Origin: a virus | Virus record (IMG/VR): IMGVR_UViG_3300044846_005309 | Span: 32,001 to 96,000 of that record | DNA length: 64,000 nucleotides | Direction: 5' to 3' (one strand) | Shown: piece by piece, positions 9,392 to 18,971 of the stretch | Layout of the letters: each line of letters opens with the position of its first letter | Position numbering within the stretch: position 1 is the stretch's first letter | Made by a program: the position numbers and the translations under genes | Notes under the pieces: generated by a model | The model's input: only the letters and a program-made list of their open reading frames with translations | Told to the model about the DNA's origin: nothing | Database searches by the model: none

Positions 9392-10401
9392 TTGATTTGT
9401 GAAAATTTAATTAAACCTTTCATACCTGTATACGTATGCTTAACTATTATATTCCAATCTAGTTCATCTTGCTTGGTGTGCACGCATAAATCGTTAATAT
9501 CTTTAAACCTTTCGAGACCAGCTGGCCATAGAAAAACTTTTTCTCCTTTATCTAAAAGAGACTTAGTAACATCGTAAGAAGTGCTATCCACCCATTGATT
9601 ATCAGGTACATATACTAAAGTGTGCATAGGGAACAACGTTTGCAGACGCTCTACCTGGCCTTCAGTAGGGTTAATACCAGCCAAGGCTACACTATTGCGT
9701 AAAAACATGGCGTCAATAGGGCCTTCCTGTAAAAATATATACTCAATATCAGGTATAATCTTATCTATATTAAATATACCTTTATCTGAATTGGCTTTAG
9801 ATAAATACTTAGCTCTATCCTCGTCTACCTTATAAAGAGCGCGAGATTGATAAAATTCTATTTTAGCGCCTCCGTTGGGGCTGTAAAACGGAAACACGAC
9901 TCTATTCTTGTGCGTGTAATCTGTTAAACTTAACCACAAAGCTTTAGGACGATTAACAGCAGTATTGAGCCTTCTTTTGTTAATGAAATCTAAAGCGTCT
10001 TTGACTGTTACATTTGCGCTATAAAATGAAGTTTGATTATTATCAAATAAATTTATACTGTCATCGGGCAAACTCTTAGGGTTATATTTTTTGTATACAG
10101 AAGAGCGTTTAATAATATCTTCTATGGTGTCTGTCCGCAATTCGGACTCTGCAAGTATATCTTTTAAAGATAGACCTGTCTGTTCTTTTACAAAACTAAA
10201 CCCGTCAGTACTAGCCCCGCAATTATGACAGTAAAGATGATCTTCTTCAGGTATATAAAAAAACCGTCTCTTTTTGCCAGTGCTTTTTCCTTCATGGCAG
10301 TACGGACACTCCCCGTTATATGTACCGGTAGTTTTTTTGAATACTGGACGTTTGCAGTATTGAAAAAAAGTATTGATAACTAAATTTTGAGATATTTGCA
10401 C
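9376..10401 (-). CDS. DNA primase (T4 gp61-like)
   Basis: CPYC...CHNCG zinc finger; TOPRIM EGPIDAMF and PDN. Confidence 0.9.
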   Translation of the reverse strand: MQISQNLVINTFFQYCKRPVFKKTTGTYNGECPYCHEGKSTGKKRRFFYIPEEDHLYCHNCGASTDGFSFVKEQTGLSLKDILAESELRTDTIEDIIKRSSVYKKYNPKSLPDDSINLFDNNQTSFYSANVTVKDALDFINKRRLNTAVNRPKALWLSLTDYTHKNRVVFPFYSPNGGAKIEFYQSRALYKVDEDRAKYLSKANSDKGIFNIDKIIPDIEYIFLQEGPIDAMFLRNSVALAGINPTEGQVERLQTLFPMHTLVYVPDNQWVDSTSYDVTKSLLDKGEKVFLWPAGLERFKDINDLCVHTKQDELDWNIIVKHTYTGMKGLIKFSQIKCKQN

Positions 10402-10420
10402 AGGTAAGTAACTATAGTAT

Positions 10421-10879
10421 ATGGCCTACCCTAAAAATAACAAGTACTTTCAGGGGCTATACACCCCAATAAATAAAGACAAATACAAAGGCAGTACAAA
10501 TCCATCCTACAGGTCTTCATTAGAAAAAAACTTTTTCTTATATTTTGATAAAAATCCAAACGTAGTTGCTTGGGCCAGCGAATCAATAGTTATACCTTAT
10601 TACAACGATGTAGATAAAAAAGTGCACAAATATTATATAGATCTTATAGCTGCAATAAAGAACCCAAACGGGGAAGTACAAAAGTATTTAATTGAATTAA
10701 AACCATACGCACAGACCCAGCCACCTAAGCAGTCTAACAAAAAGAAAAGTAGTACAGTATTGTATGAAAACTTAATGTACCATCAAAATCAGTGCAAATG
10801 GAAAGCCGCGCACGAATACGCGGCTAAAAAAGGTATGAAATTTATTATACTAACCGAAAAATTTCTTACAATTCATTAG
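10421..10879 (+). CDS. head completion nuclease (T4 gp4-like, TnsA fold)
   Basis: 'G.Y.P.N..KYKG...YRSSLE...WASE..IPY...YYID...IELKP..QT..P...NQCKW.AA...F.ILTE'. Confidence 0.9.
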   Translation: MAYPKNNKYFQGLYTPINKDKYKGSTNPSYRSSLEKNFFLYFDKNPNVVAWASESIVIPYYNDVDKKVHKYYIDLIAAIKNPNGEVQKYLIELKPYAQTQPPKQSNKKKSSTVLYENLMYHQNQCKWKAAHEYAAKKGMKFIILTEKFLTIH

Positions 10880-11408
10880 GATCAAATGTGCTGTCTAGAT
10901 CCTCTTCGTCATCATAATCGCGACGCATCATACGGTCATATTTGCTAGAAAGTTCATCTTTACCAAGCTTGTCAATATCAGACAAAGAAGGTTCTTCTGG
11001 CCCTAATTCTCCTGCGCCTGGCTCCATTGAGGTTTCTTGATCAACAATTGCTTTAACTACTGCTGGGTCAAGATTAAGAGGGGTCTCTTCAGTGCTATCG
11101 ATTGCAATTGCATCAATAATTTCATCGACTGACGCATCTGGGTTATGCGCGATATAGTCCGCGACAGCAAGACGGGTGCGTTCAGTAGCCGGATCTTTAC
11201 TTAAAGTGCTGATTTCTGGCTCAGCAGACGGCTTGGAAATAGGGCCTGTAGCTCCAAGTCCAGCTTTCTTGTCTCGTTGCATTTTATAAAACTTATAATG
11301 TGGTACTCCAGGATTTTCTACTTTCCACTTTTGGAATTCTGGATTAGGCTTACGAGCTTCCGGCATGAAGTTCTCGTTAATTTGATTCGCGAGTTTGTCA
11401 AATTTCAT
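10866..11408 (-). CDS. hypothetical acidic protein with capsid-targeting-like N-terminus
   Basis: MKFDKLANQINE start; acidic C-terminus. Confidence 0.55.
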   Translation of the reverse strand: MKFDKLANQINENFMPEARKPNPEFQKWKVENPGVPHYKFYKMQRDKKAGLGATGPISKPSAEPEISTLSKDPATERTRLAVADYIAHNPDASVDEIIDAIAIDSTEETPLNLDPAVVKAIVDQETSMEPGAGELGPEEPSLSDIDKLGKDELSSKYDRMMRRDYDDEEDLDSTFDPNEL

Positions 11409-11428
11409 AATAAGTATGTTATTACTTA

Positions 11429-12139
11429 TTACTTTTTGTGCAAGTTTTTATTGGATAATCCTAGTTGTTCTGAAAGAAAAGCTTGTTCATTAATGTCTTT
11501 AGTGATAAGGCTTTCGCTTTCCCCATAGAATTCACACTTCTCATTAATATACATTTTTAACATAGCTATTCTTTCTAGCGGATTACCGTAGATCGGTATA
11601 ATCGGCGGGCAGTCTTCATTATCGAAGAATTTAGAGCCGCCTTTTTGCCATGCTTTGTATAGCATTTCAAATAACACACCTATTTCCCCTCTATAAACCG
11701 GATCAATATCTCTATGCTCTTTAACAGTTAAAGTTACATCATTTTCTCTAACTAAAGGAAGATAAAATAAAACAGAATAAAATTTAAGCGCATGTCTAAC
11801 CGTAATTACGCATTTGTCAATAAAAGCTTCATCAATATCCGAAGTTTGTTTATCGTATAACCATAAAGAGTAAACCAAATTATCTAGAGGGGTACGGTCG
11901 AAAATCATTTTTTTAGATCCAACATTACCCATAGCTTCGTCAACAAGAAAATTAAGTATCGCTTCCTGAGACTCTTTAGTACCGTGCTTATTAATCGGTA
12001 GATTCTTTTCTTTAATTAAATCTCTATAAGTCTTAGTAGGGCGCTGCAACTGAGGCCATTGTAAAGTCATATCCTCAATAAGAGTACTCTTACCCACACA
12101 TTGTGTACCAATAACCCCTATCTTTTTTAATTTTGTCAT
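11429..12139 (-). CDS. P-loop nucleoside monophosphate kinase-like protein (AAA_28/NadR-type)
   Basis: GTQCVGKST Walker A; FDRTPLD. Confidence 0.75.
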   Translation of the reverse strand: MTKLKKIGVIGTQCVGKSTLIEDMTLQWPQLQRPTKTYRDLIKEKNLPINKHGTKESQEAILNFLVDEAMGNVGSKKMIFDRTPLDNLVYSLWLYDKQTSDIDEAFIDKCVITVRHALKFYSVLFYLPLVRENDVTLTVKEHRDIDPVYRGEIGVLFEMLYKAWQKGGSKFFDNEDCPPIIPIYGNPLERIAMLKMYINEKCEFYGESESLITKDINEQAFLSEQLGLSNKNLHKK

Positions 12140-12363
12140 TCTAACGACTTAGGCTTTTCCGTATCATTATCAACGTAGTCTAAATGGGCATTTTCAGGTG
12201 GAAAATACCCAATACCTTTTGTAAAAAGCTCGAACTGTTCGATAAGCTCGGTAAGATTTACATCTCCGCTTAAAACTATCTCAAGCTTGCGCGGTACACT
12301 ACTACAACTTTCTAAAGTAGGGGATTGCTCAACTTCGTATATAAATTTAATTACGGTTTTCAT
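12136..12363 (-). CDS. hypothetical protein
   Basis: 75-aa ORF in operon. Confidence 0.55.
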   Translation of the reverse strand: MKTVIKFIYEVEQSPTLESCSSVPRKLEIVLSGDVNLTELIEQFELFTKGIGYFPPENAHLDYVDNDTEKPKSLE

Positions 12364-12522
12364 TTATATAATTTCTTCCGCTATACCAATAATTTCAGCC
12401 AAAATCAATAATAGCCCGCCAGCAACTATATTACCCCCTATAAAAGCCGCCCCTGCAATAATACGCAGTATACTTTTAATAATACTAAGCTTAAAATGCC
12501 ATTCTGGATTAGGTGCTTCCAT
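12364..12522 (-). CDS. small two-TM membrane protein (not in the ORF track)
   Basis: MEAPNPEWHFKLSIIKSILRIIAGAAFIGGNIVAGGLLLILAEIIGIAEEII*; fills the gap exactly between queE and the next gene. Confidence 0.7.
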   Translation of the reverse strand: MEAPNPEWHFKLSIIKSILRIIAGAAFIGGNIVAGGLLLILAEIIGIAEEII

Positions 12523-12526
12523 AATT

Positions 12527-13330
12527 TTATACCTTTAAGGCTTTGTCCCAGATTTGCAAATGCATACGATTGCTAAATTTGAAACAATACTTCTTGCATA
12601 TCTCAGCTACCACCGGACCGACTTTAAGTAGTTCCTCTCGAGAGCCGCACATAGGCATAATCCAGACTAACTCGCTAGGTACCGCAACATCAGGATTGTT
12701 TACGTACTTTTCTAGTACTTCAGTAAGATCAGATTCTTGCTTAGCAACAAATTTAAAGCACGCTCTCTTATCAACAAGATTACGAAGTACATCTGGTTTA
12801 AAACGCTTTTCTTCAGGGTCTCCGTTACTAGAGAGTTTAGGGGACGTGGTATAGGATACAACGCAACCTAGTTGATGCCACATTTCATCTGGCATGATAG
12901 TACCATTAGTTTCAAAGTCAATTTTAAGTACCGGCTCTTGAGGCTCTGCAGCCATAAAGTCGAATTCGTTTTCTAAGTTAAAAAAACCCCAGCGGTCTAT
13001 AATGAATCTAACAAACTCAATAAGATTCTTTTGTTGAATAAAAGGCTCTCCACCGGTAAGCTTGAGAATAGCGCCCTGCTTAAGCATCTCATGATAGTCA
13101 TGCTTTTCAAAAAGCTGGGCTATTTCTTCAAAAGTCATTCTGTTCTTTTTAGACCAGCTTACATAACTATCACAACCGAAAGGAGCATCCTCACTCTTAA
13201 ACCCAATACAAGTGAGGTTGCACATAGATAGTCTCATAAACACAGAAGGATAACCGATGTATCGGCCTTCCCCCTCGAGAGTATAAAAGACAAAATCGTC
13301 AGAAAGAAAAAGAGTTTTATCAGCGCTCAT
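12527..13330 (-). CDS. queE: 7-carboxy-7-deazaguanine synthase QueE (radical SAM)
   Basis: FYTLEGEG..IG.PSVFMRL..CNLTC...CD, LTGGEP, ETNGT, SPKL, RMHLQIW. Confidence 0.93.
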   Translation of the reverse strand: MSADKTLFLSDDFVFYTLEGEGRYIGYPSVFMRLSMCNLTCIGFKSEDAPFGCDSYVSWSKKNRMTFEEIAQLFEKHDYHEMLKQGAILKLTGGEPFIQQKNLIEFVRFIIDRWGFFNLENEFDFMAAEPQEPVLKIDFETNGTIMPDEMWHQLGCVVSYTTSPKLSSNGDPEEKRFKPDVLRNLVDKRACFKFVAKQESDLTEVLEKYVNNPDVAVPSELVWIMPMCGSREELLKVGPVVAEICKKYCFKFSNRMHLQIWDKALKV

Positions 13331-13332
13331 AG

Positions 13333-13785
13333 TTAAATATTAAAGTACTTTTGATAAATTGCACTGTTTTGTTCGTGCTCCCAAACTTCTACTTTTTCAC
13401 ACCAGCAACGATTATCAGTCATATTTCTGACATAAGAATCAGCAAGATCGCAGCAAAGCTCAGCAAACTTCTCTATGCCTACCCCGCCATGAAGCACAAC
13501 TAGTTCAATCATTCCCTTACTCTCAAGTAGGTAAAAAGTTTCAAGATCAGGATCTTTACCCCATACTACGGTTTTATGATCAAATGTATTTTCAAGATCT
13601 CTCTTTAGTTCCTTTAGACCACCAAAATCAACTACCCAGTTGTTTTGATCTAGTTCATTGCATACAAACCAAAATTTAGCCTGTAGCCGATAACCGTGAA
13701 TATATTTGCAATGGCTTTTCGCATGAGGTTGGCGGAATGCACATGAACCTAGAGGAATTACTTTAGTGGAATAAAATTTGCCCAT
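13333..13785 (-). CDS. queD: 6-carboxytetrahydropterin synthase QueD
   Basis: HCKYIHGY, WVVDFGGLK, FDHK, VEVWE. Confidence 0.93.
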   Translation of the reverse strand: MGKFYSTKVIPLGSCAFRQPHAKSHCKYIHGYRLQAKFWFVCNELDQNNWVVDFGGLKELKRDLENTFDHKTVVWGKDPDLETFYLLESKGMIELVVLHGGVGIEKFAELCCDLADSYVRNMTDNRCWCEKVEVWEHEQNSAIYQKYFNI

Positions 13786-13823
13786 ACTTATAATAGTATA
13801 AAATTAATCTTTAATTTCAACTA

Positions 13824-14177
13824 TTAAAGTAAGTTATCTATGTTTTTTTCTATCCACAATTCTAAGCTTCGCTCTTCAATATCCGCCGGGCTGCATAAAA
13901 ATGCATTACTATCTTCTGGATTAAAAAAAATACTTTTTTGTAAAGACTTCTTTTCAATAAGCTCATCAAAACTTATATAAATGCGCGCTCTTTTATCTTT
14001 TATAACTGTATTGCCTGCGAGTATAACGTATACAGAAGGTATTTCTTTAAATTCGTTAATTAACGAGTTATTAGCTAAAAAATCTATAAATTCGTCTTTT
14101 TTAGAAGAATCTTTAAAATAAAAAAACAAAGGCACGTCATCACTACTATATATTTTGTTGCGGTATTTAACCTTCAC
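13824..14177 (-). CDS. hypothetical protein
   Basis: 117-aa ORF. Confidence 0.55.
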   Translation of the reverse strand: MKVKYRNKIYSSDDVPLFFYFKDSSKKDEFIDFLANNSLINEFKEIPSVYVILAGNTVIKDKRARIYISFDELIEKKSLQKSIFFNPEDSNAFLCSPADIEERSLELWIEKNIDNLL

Positions 14178-14202
14178 TAGTAATTACTTATAAATATATA
14201 AT

Positions 14203-14832
14203 ATGAGACACGGAATTAATAAGAAAATAACTTTAAATAATGAAGTAGGGCCAATTACCGTGAATATTCCGCCTCCCATACCGGCTCAAGTTCAGACAGT
14301 AGAACCTCGAAACACTGCCCTAAGAGGTTCTTTTAAGGATTTTTATCATAGCGATATCAAATCCTTTGCTCCTACAGGAAGCTCTTTCGTAGAAAGAGCG
14401 GCTAACTATATAAAGCGTAATGAAGGAGTAAAGAATAAAATGTACCGGGATAAGGGGTTTTGGTCTATAGGTATAGGGCATTTAATAACCCCTCAAGAAT
14501 ATAATTTTTATAAAAATAGAATTCTAAGTGACAAAGAAATTTTAGATTTGTTTAATAAAGATTTGAACAAAAAAATACAATTAGCTAAAAGTCATTTTGG
14601 AGCAAAATTTGATTCTTTTTCAGAGAATTTAAAAATTGCGATTATTGACGGATATTTTAGAGGGGACCTTTCCGGTTCGCCTCGCGCAAGAGAGTTATTA
14701 CGAAGAGGGAACTACCAAGCAGCTGCAAAAGAATATTTGAATAATAAGGAATATAAAGACGCGTTAGCCTCGGGTTCAGGAGTTGCAAAACGTATGCAAC
14801 GTAATGCTGAAATAATGGCTAGAGAAAATTAA
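14203..14832 (+). CDS. GH24-type phage lysozyme
   Basis: IKRNEG...MYRD..WSIGIGH catalytic motif; TATAAATA upstream (14189-14196). Confidence 0.8.
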   Translation: MRHGINKKITLNNEVGPITVNIPPPIPAQVQTVEPRNTALRGSFKDFYHSDIKSFAPTGSSFVERAANYIKRNEGVKNKMYRDKGFWSIGIGHLITPQEYNFYKNRILSDKEILDLFNKDLNKKIQLAKSHFGAKFDSFSENLKIAIIDGYFRGDLSGSPRARELLRRGNYQAAAKEYLNNKEYKDALASGSGVAKRMQRNAEIMAREN

Positions 14833-15218
14833 TCTATTTTAGCAGGATTAAGCCTGTTAATAATACTAGCTAGTTTCTTTTCTATTTCAGAAGCATTTTC
14901 AATAGTCACTTCATCATCAGCAAACACCCCCATATCAGAATCATCCATAGACTTAGGATCGATTTCTAAGGCTCTTCTAATTAAGTCTACTAAAAACGCC
15001 CGACCTGGAGAAGATAACGGCTTAGGTTTTTGCTCTTTCTCCGGGTCAGGTATATCTGCTGGCATAGGAGCAGGAGCCGGTGCTGCGGGAGGCGCCATGG
15101 GAGGCTGGCCCTGAGGGCCACCGGTTTGATCTAACCCTGGCGGTGGAGCTGGTGGGGCAGGCTGCTCAGTGAGCAGATCGGTAAATACTCTGTTAACTAT
15201 AGAATCAAATTTTTTCAT
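14829..15218 (-). CDS. Pro-rich hypothetical protein with capsid-targeting-like N-terminus
   Basis: MKKFDSIV...LLTE then a PAPP-rich linker. Confidence 0.55.
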   Translation of the reverse strand: MKKFDSIVNRVFTDLLTEQPAPPAPPPGLDQTGGPQGQPPMAPPAAPAPAPMPADIPDPEKEQKPKPLSSPGRAFLVDLIRRALEIDPKSMDDSDMGVFADDEVTIENASEIEKKLASIINRLNPAKID

Positions 15219-15220
15219 TA

Positions 15221-15595
15221 TTAAAGGGTACCACCTAAAGGTGAACTAGCACTTGATGTACTCGCGCCTTTTATTGTCGCTTGAAGAGCTTTAATTCTAT
15301 CATTCATCATCTTTTGTTGAGCTGGAAAATCATTCGCAGCTTTTTGTAATGCAGCTAACTCAGCTTGAGCAGCTTTAGCTTGAGCCTCTTTAGCTTTTTT
15401 AGCAGCGGCTTGCTGCATGGCTACTACCTTAGGATCAACACCCCCTGTAGCTGCTCCTGGTTGAGGTGTTACCGGTAAAGTGCCTGGATTAGCGCCAGCT
15501 GGAGTAGATGTAGTTGGTTGCCCGCCCATATTATATTCTTCCAACATCTTAAAAAATTTACTCTTGGCTTTAACTTTTTGATAAATCTTATCCAT
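15221..15595 (-). CDS. low-complexity Ala/Gln-rich hypothetical protein
   Basis: 124 aa; SKFFKMLEE motif. Confidence 0.55.
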   Translation of the reverse strand: MDKIYQKVKAKSKFFKMLEEYNMGGQPTTSTPAGANPGTLPVTPQPGAATGGVDPKVVAMQQAAAKKAKEAQAKAAQAELAALQKAANDFPAQQKMMNDRIKALQATIKGASTSSASSPLGGTL

Positions 15596-15639
15596 ATTTA
15601 TTATACTTACTAGTTTCTAACTATTTTGTAAACTCTTAG

Positions 15640-15668
15640 TTGATTTTTTTGTATATGATTTTTATAAT
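15640..15668 (+). promoter_or_regulatory. sigma70-type promoter with no downstream ORF
   Basis: TTGATT-N17-TATAAT. Confidence 0.55.
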
Positions 15669-15811
15669 CTCTTAGGGGGAGAAAGGAGAGGCTTGTTTAC
15701 ATGGTAATGTAAACGTTTGTATTGTATAAGGTTCTTTTTGTAGGTAACTTTTTTAAGGCTCACTTCGTTCGCCTTATATACCATATATAATATATATCTC
15801 AAGTGGATTTT

Positions 15812-16294
15812 TTAATTAAATGGCTGGATTTTATACTTGTCGTGGAATGCAGCCGCCTTTTGTCTGGTGTATTTGCTATAATCAAAATTAAATCTAGTTG
15901 TCTTAACCCCTTCTATGATTTCTTTTGACTCTCCTTTATCGGAGTCAATCCAAACAAAATCTATATTGCCGTAATGTACTATAAACGGGAAATGTTTAGT
16001 AATAATGCTTAGATATGGATTCTCTTTAGCATTGTTGACATAAAAAACAATATTTCTATTATTACCGTTTTCCTTTAAAACATTAAACATGTATTTTGTA
16101 TAATGATAAAGACGTAGCCGGTCTTTTTCTTTATCTTTTAATGTTTCTTCCAATATACCCCAGTCGTTTAATTGCTGGTAGTAATCTTTACTAGCGTTTT
16201 CTTCTATCCAAGTAAAATCAATTATTAGAAGATTCAGAGCTGTTCTGTAAAAACGCATCACAGTACAGTTTATAGTTATCTTGATTAAGAGCAA
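15812..16294 (-). CDS. hypothetical protein (start uncertain)
   Basis: ORF downstream of and overlapping the resolvase. Confidence 0.45.
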   Translation of the reverse strand: MLLIKITINCTVMRFYRTALNLLIIDFTWIEENASKDYYQQLNDWGILEETLKDKEKDRLRLYHYTKYMFNVLKENGNNRNIVFYVNNAKENPYLSIITKHFPFIVHYGNIDFVWIDSDKGESKEIIEGVKTTRFNFDYSKYTRQKAAAFHDKYKIQPFN

Positions 16295-16796
16295 CTATAG
16301 CTTCTTTGTTCTTTTCAAAAAAGCCTTCCATCTTAACTATAATATAACAACCCATAGCTGCACTATCCTTTTTAGTGACCCAATAATTTAAATAGCTACC
16401 TTCAACTATTAATTTATCTTTAATACTAGAAGGAAATACTACAAAACCACCTTTACGGTTAATTTTAAATAAAACAAAAGGAATTTTACCAACTACAGAT
16501 GCTTGCTCAATCCATCCATCGAGTTGTTGGTTGTTAATAAGTAAACTTTCAAAATTAAAATCTTTATAAAATTTACCTTCAAGAGTTATATGAGATAAAA
16601 ATCGGGGCAGGATAATGTCTCCTGAAGCTAGTAACAGCTGCTCAGGGGTTAGATTTGCAATGCGGTTAGCATTAAACCCACCTACAAACGCGCCACTATT
16701 GGGTACTCTTTGAAAATTTACCTTGTATATTGCAGTAAGATGTTTTGCAATTTCTCGCTCCCAGCTCTTACCTTTATTCTTACTTGCATTAGCCAT
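16218..16796 (-). CDS. Hjc-like PD-(D/E)xK Holliday junction resolvase
   Basis: SKNKGKSWERE...RVPNSGA...GDI...EGK. Confidence 0.75.
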   Translation of the reverse strand: MANASKNKGKSWEREIAKHLTAIYKVNFQRVPNSGAFVGGFNANRIANLTPEQLLLASGDIILPRFLSHITLEGKFYKDFNFESLLINNQQLDGWIEQASVVGKIPFVLFKINRKGGFVVFPSSIKDKLIVEGSYLNYWVTKKDSAAMGCYIIVKMEGFFEKNKEAIVALNQDNYKLYCDAFLQNSSESSNN

Positions 16797-16809
16797 TTCT
16801 GACTACTTA

Positions 16810-17070
16810 TTACATCCCGGGAAAACTTCTACGTATCATCTTACCCTTTTTAAATCCCGGGGGTTTAAATTTAGACTTTTTACCTTTTTTAGCTTTCCCG
16901 CCAAATATATTACGAGCATCTTCTGGGGCATAAAAACCGCCACTCTTACCTATTTGAGTTGGATGAGCTTGACCGGAGCCAAAGGCTGTAGTCGTTGTAT
17001 TACCTGCGGCACCTGCATCAGCTCCAACATCTTCTAAAATTTGTTCCATTCTTTTATTGAATTTTTTCAT
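16810..17070 (-). CDS. small basic hypothetical protein with capsid-targeting-like N-terminus
   Basis: MKKFNKRMEQILE; Lys-rich tail. Confidence 0.55.
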   Translation of the reverse strand: MKKFNKRMEQILEDVGADAGAAGNTTTTAFGSGQAHPTQIGKSGGFYAPEDARNIFGGKAKKGKKSKFKPPGFKKGKMIRRSFPGM

Positions 17071-17106
17071 GTTGATTATTGTATAATATACTTTATACTT
17101 AGTAAT

Positions 17107-17508
17107 ATGGAATCATTGGTTTTAGATAATCTTTTTGATATATATCAGAAAGAAATAGCTGAGGACATTAAAGTCGATGAGTTGTCTTTGAAAGACAAAG
17201 CAATGCTAGTCCCTACCATAAAACATAAGTGGGTAGGTCGGTTAATGAACCACAAAATGCAGCTTAAAAAACTTAATGATACAAAAAAGAAAGCTGTAAA
17301 AAACATGATCAGTAAATCGCCTATACCGCTTTCAAAGACCACATTAGAACAAGCTGCATCAAATGACGAAAACATAATTAAAATACAGGAAAGTATCGAT
17401 AAACTCGAAACTATTATAGAGTATTTAGAAAAAGTTGAAAAACTCACAAGTTCTTTAACTTGGGATTGTAAAAATCTTATAGATCTTCAAAAACTTGAGA
17501 CAACGTAA
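17107..17508 (+). CDS. uvsY: recombination mediator UvsY
   Basis: helical ~133 aa, 'EDIKVDE...KHKW...TWDCKNLIDLQK'; directly upstream of uvsW. Confidence 0.7.
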   Translation: MESLVLDNLFDIYQKEIAEDIKVDELSLKDKAMLVPTIKHKWVGRLMNHKMQLKKLNDTKKKAVKNMISKSPIPLSKTTLEQAASNDENIIKIQESIDKLETIIEYLEKVEKLTSSLTWDCKNLIDLQKLETT

Positions 17509-18971
17509 TGAGAGTAGAGTTTAATTACGATCCTAAGAGAAAAGAAGTTAAAATTGTTTCTGATTTTTTCAGTAACATTAAAGAACGTTTTTCGGTTCGT
17601 AATAAAGCCGCTCATTTCAATAAATTTGGCAGATTCATGCCGCAAAGAATATATGCAATTACCCCAGCCGGGTATTGCGGGGTCGGGTTGGTACCAGAAA
17701 TAATAAAGTACCTAAAAACACTAGATATACCCTTTGACATAGTGTTTAATGGAGATCTTATAAAATTATATAACGATGTACATATAGTTGTACCTGGCCC
17801 GATTATAAAAAAATTAAACTGTAATTTTGAGCTACGAGATTATCAAACTGAAGCCATAGGTCGCGCGTTAGAACGCGGATACGGTATTATCGAGGTTGCT
17901 ACCGGGGGTGGTAAAACATTTATTATTTCAAATTTAGTATATGGTGCTTTACAATATATAGATTACACTCAAAAAGTATTGATAGTTGTGCCAGATATAG
18001 GGTTAGTAGAGCAAACTTATAAAGACTTTACTTCATATAACTTTCCTATGAAGTTAGTTACTAAATGGACAGGTAGTAATGAACTAGATCCTAATTGTAG
18101 AGTTATTATTGCTAATATGGGCATACTTCAATCAGAAAAATCTGATTTATCTTGGTTTGCAGAGGTAGGTTTTTTAATTGTTGATGAATGCCATAAACTC
18201 CGCCGCGGCAATAAAATATGTAAACTTCTCGACAAGATACCTACATTAAGACGTATAGGGTTTACAGGTACTCTACCGGAAGACGATATAGATAAATGGA
18301 ATATATTCAATTATATAGGGCCAGTCATTTACAAAAAGACCACAACTGAATTAAGAGAAATAGCTGGGGATAAGTATATTGCAAACGCTCAAGCTCTTTC
18401 TATAATCTTACAGTACGATAGAGTACCTGATTACACGTCAGTTTCGTCAATGCAAAAGTACCGTCTTGAGTTAGATTTTATACATAGTAATGAGTATAGA
18501 AATAAAATTATAAAGAATGTTGTTGAGAAACTAAAAAATAACTGTCTAATTCTGGTTGATCATATTGATCACGGCCAGACTTTGTACAACAATCTAGTTA
18601 CTATTGAAAACAAACAAGTATACTTTATACAAGGTAGTGTAGAATTAGAAGATAGAGTAAAGATACAGCAAATGATGGAAGCACATGACAATGTAGTTTG
18701 TGTCGCGATAAGCAAAATTTTCTCTACCGGTATTTCAATTAAAAATATACACTATATCATGTTTGCAGCTGGTGGTAAGTCAAAGATTAAGACTCTTCAA
18801 TCAATAGGCCGCGGACTCCGCACTCACGAAAACAAATCAATATTAACTTTAATAGATATAGTTGACGATTTAGTTTACGGAAAAGCTCATTATAATAAAC
18901 GTAAAGAATTTTATGCCCTTGAAAAAATCAAAATTACCGAAAAAAACGTTACCGAAGGCAGCCCCGGCTGA
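17508..18971 (+). CDS. uvsW: UvsW RNA-DNA/DNA helicase
   Basis: LRDYQ, ATGGGKT, DECH, GFTGT, QSIGRGLR. Confidence 0.9.
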   Translation: MRVEFNYDPKRKEVKIVSDFFSNIKERFSVRNKAAHFNKFGRFMPQRIYAITPAGYCGVGLVPEIIKYLKTLDIPFDIVFNGDLIKLYNDVHIVVPGPIIKKLNCNFELRDYQTEAIGRALERGYGIIEVATGGGKTFIISNLVYGALQYIDYTQKVLIVVPDIGLVEQTYKDFTSYNFPMKLVTKWTGSNELDPNCRVIIANMGILQSEKSDLSWFAEVGFLIVDECHKLRRGNKICKLLDKIPTLRRIGFTGTLPEDDIDKWNIFNYIGPVIYKKTTTELREIAGDKYIANAQALSIILQYDRVPDYTSVSSMQKYRLELDFIHSNEYRNKIIKNVVEKLKNNCLILVDHIDHGQTLYNNLVTIENKQVYFIQGSVELEDRVKIQQMMEAHDNVVCVAISKIFSTGISIKNIHYIMFAAGGKSKIKTLQSIGRGLRTHENKSILTLIDIVDDLVYGKAHYNKRKEFYALEKIKITEKNVTEGSPG

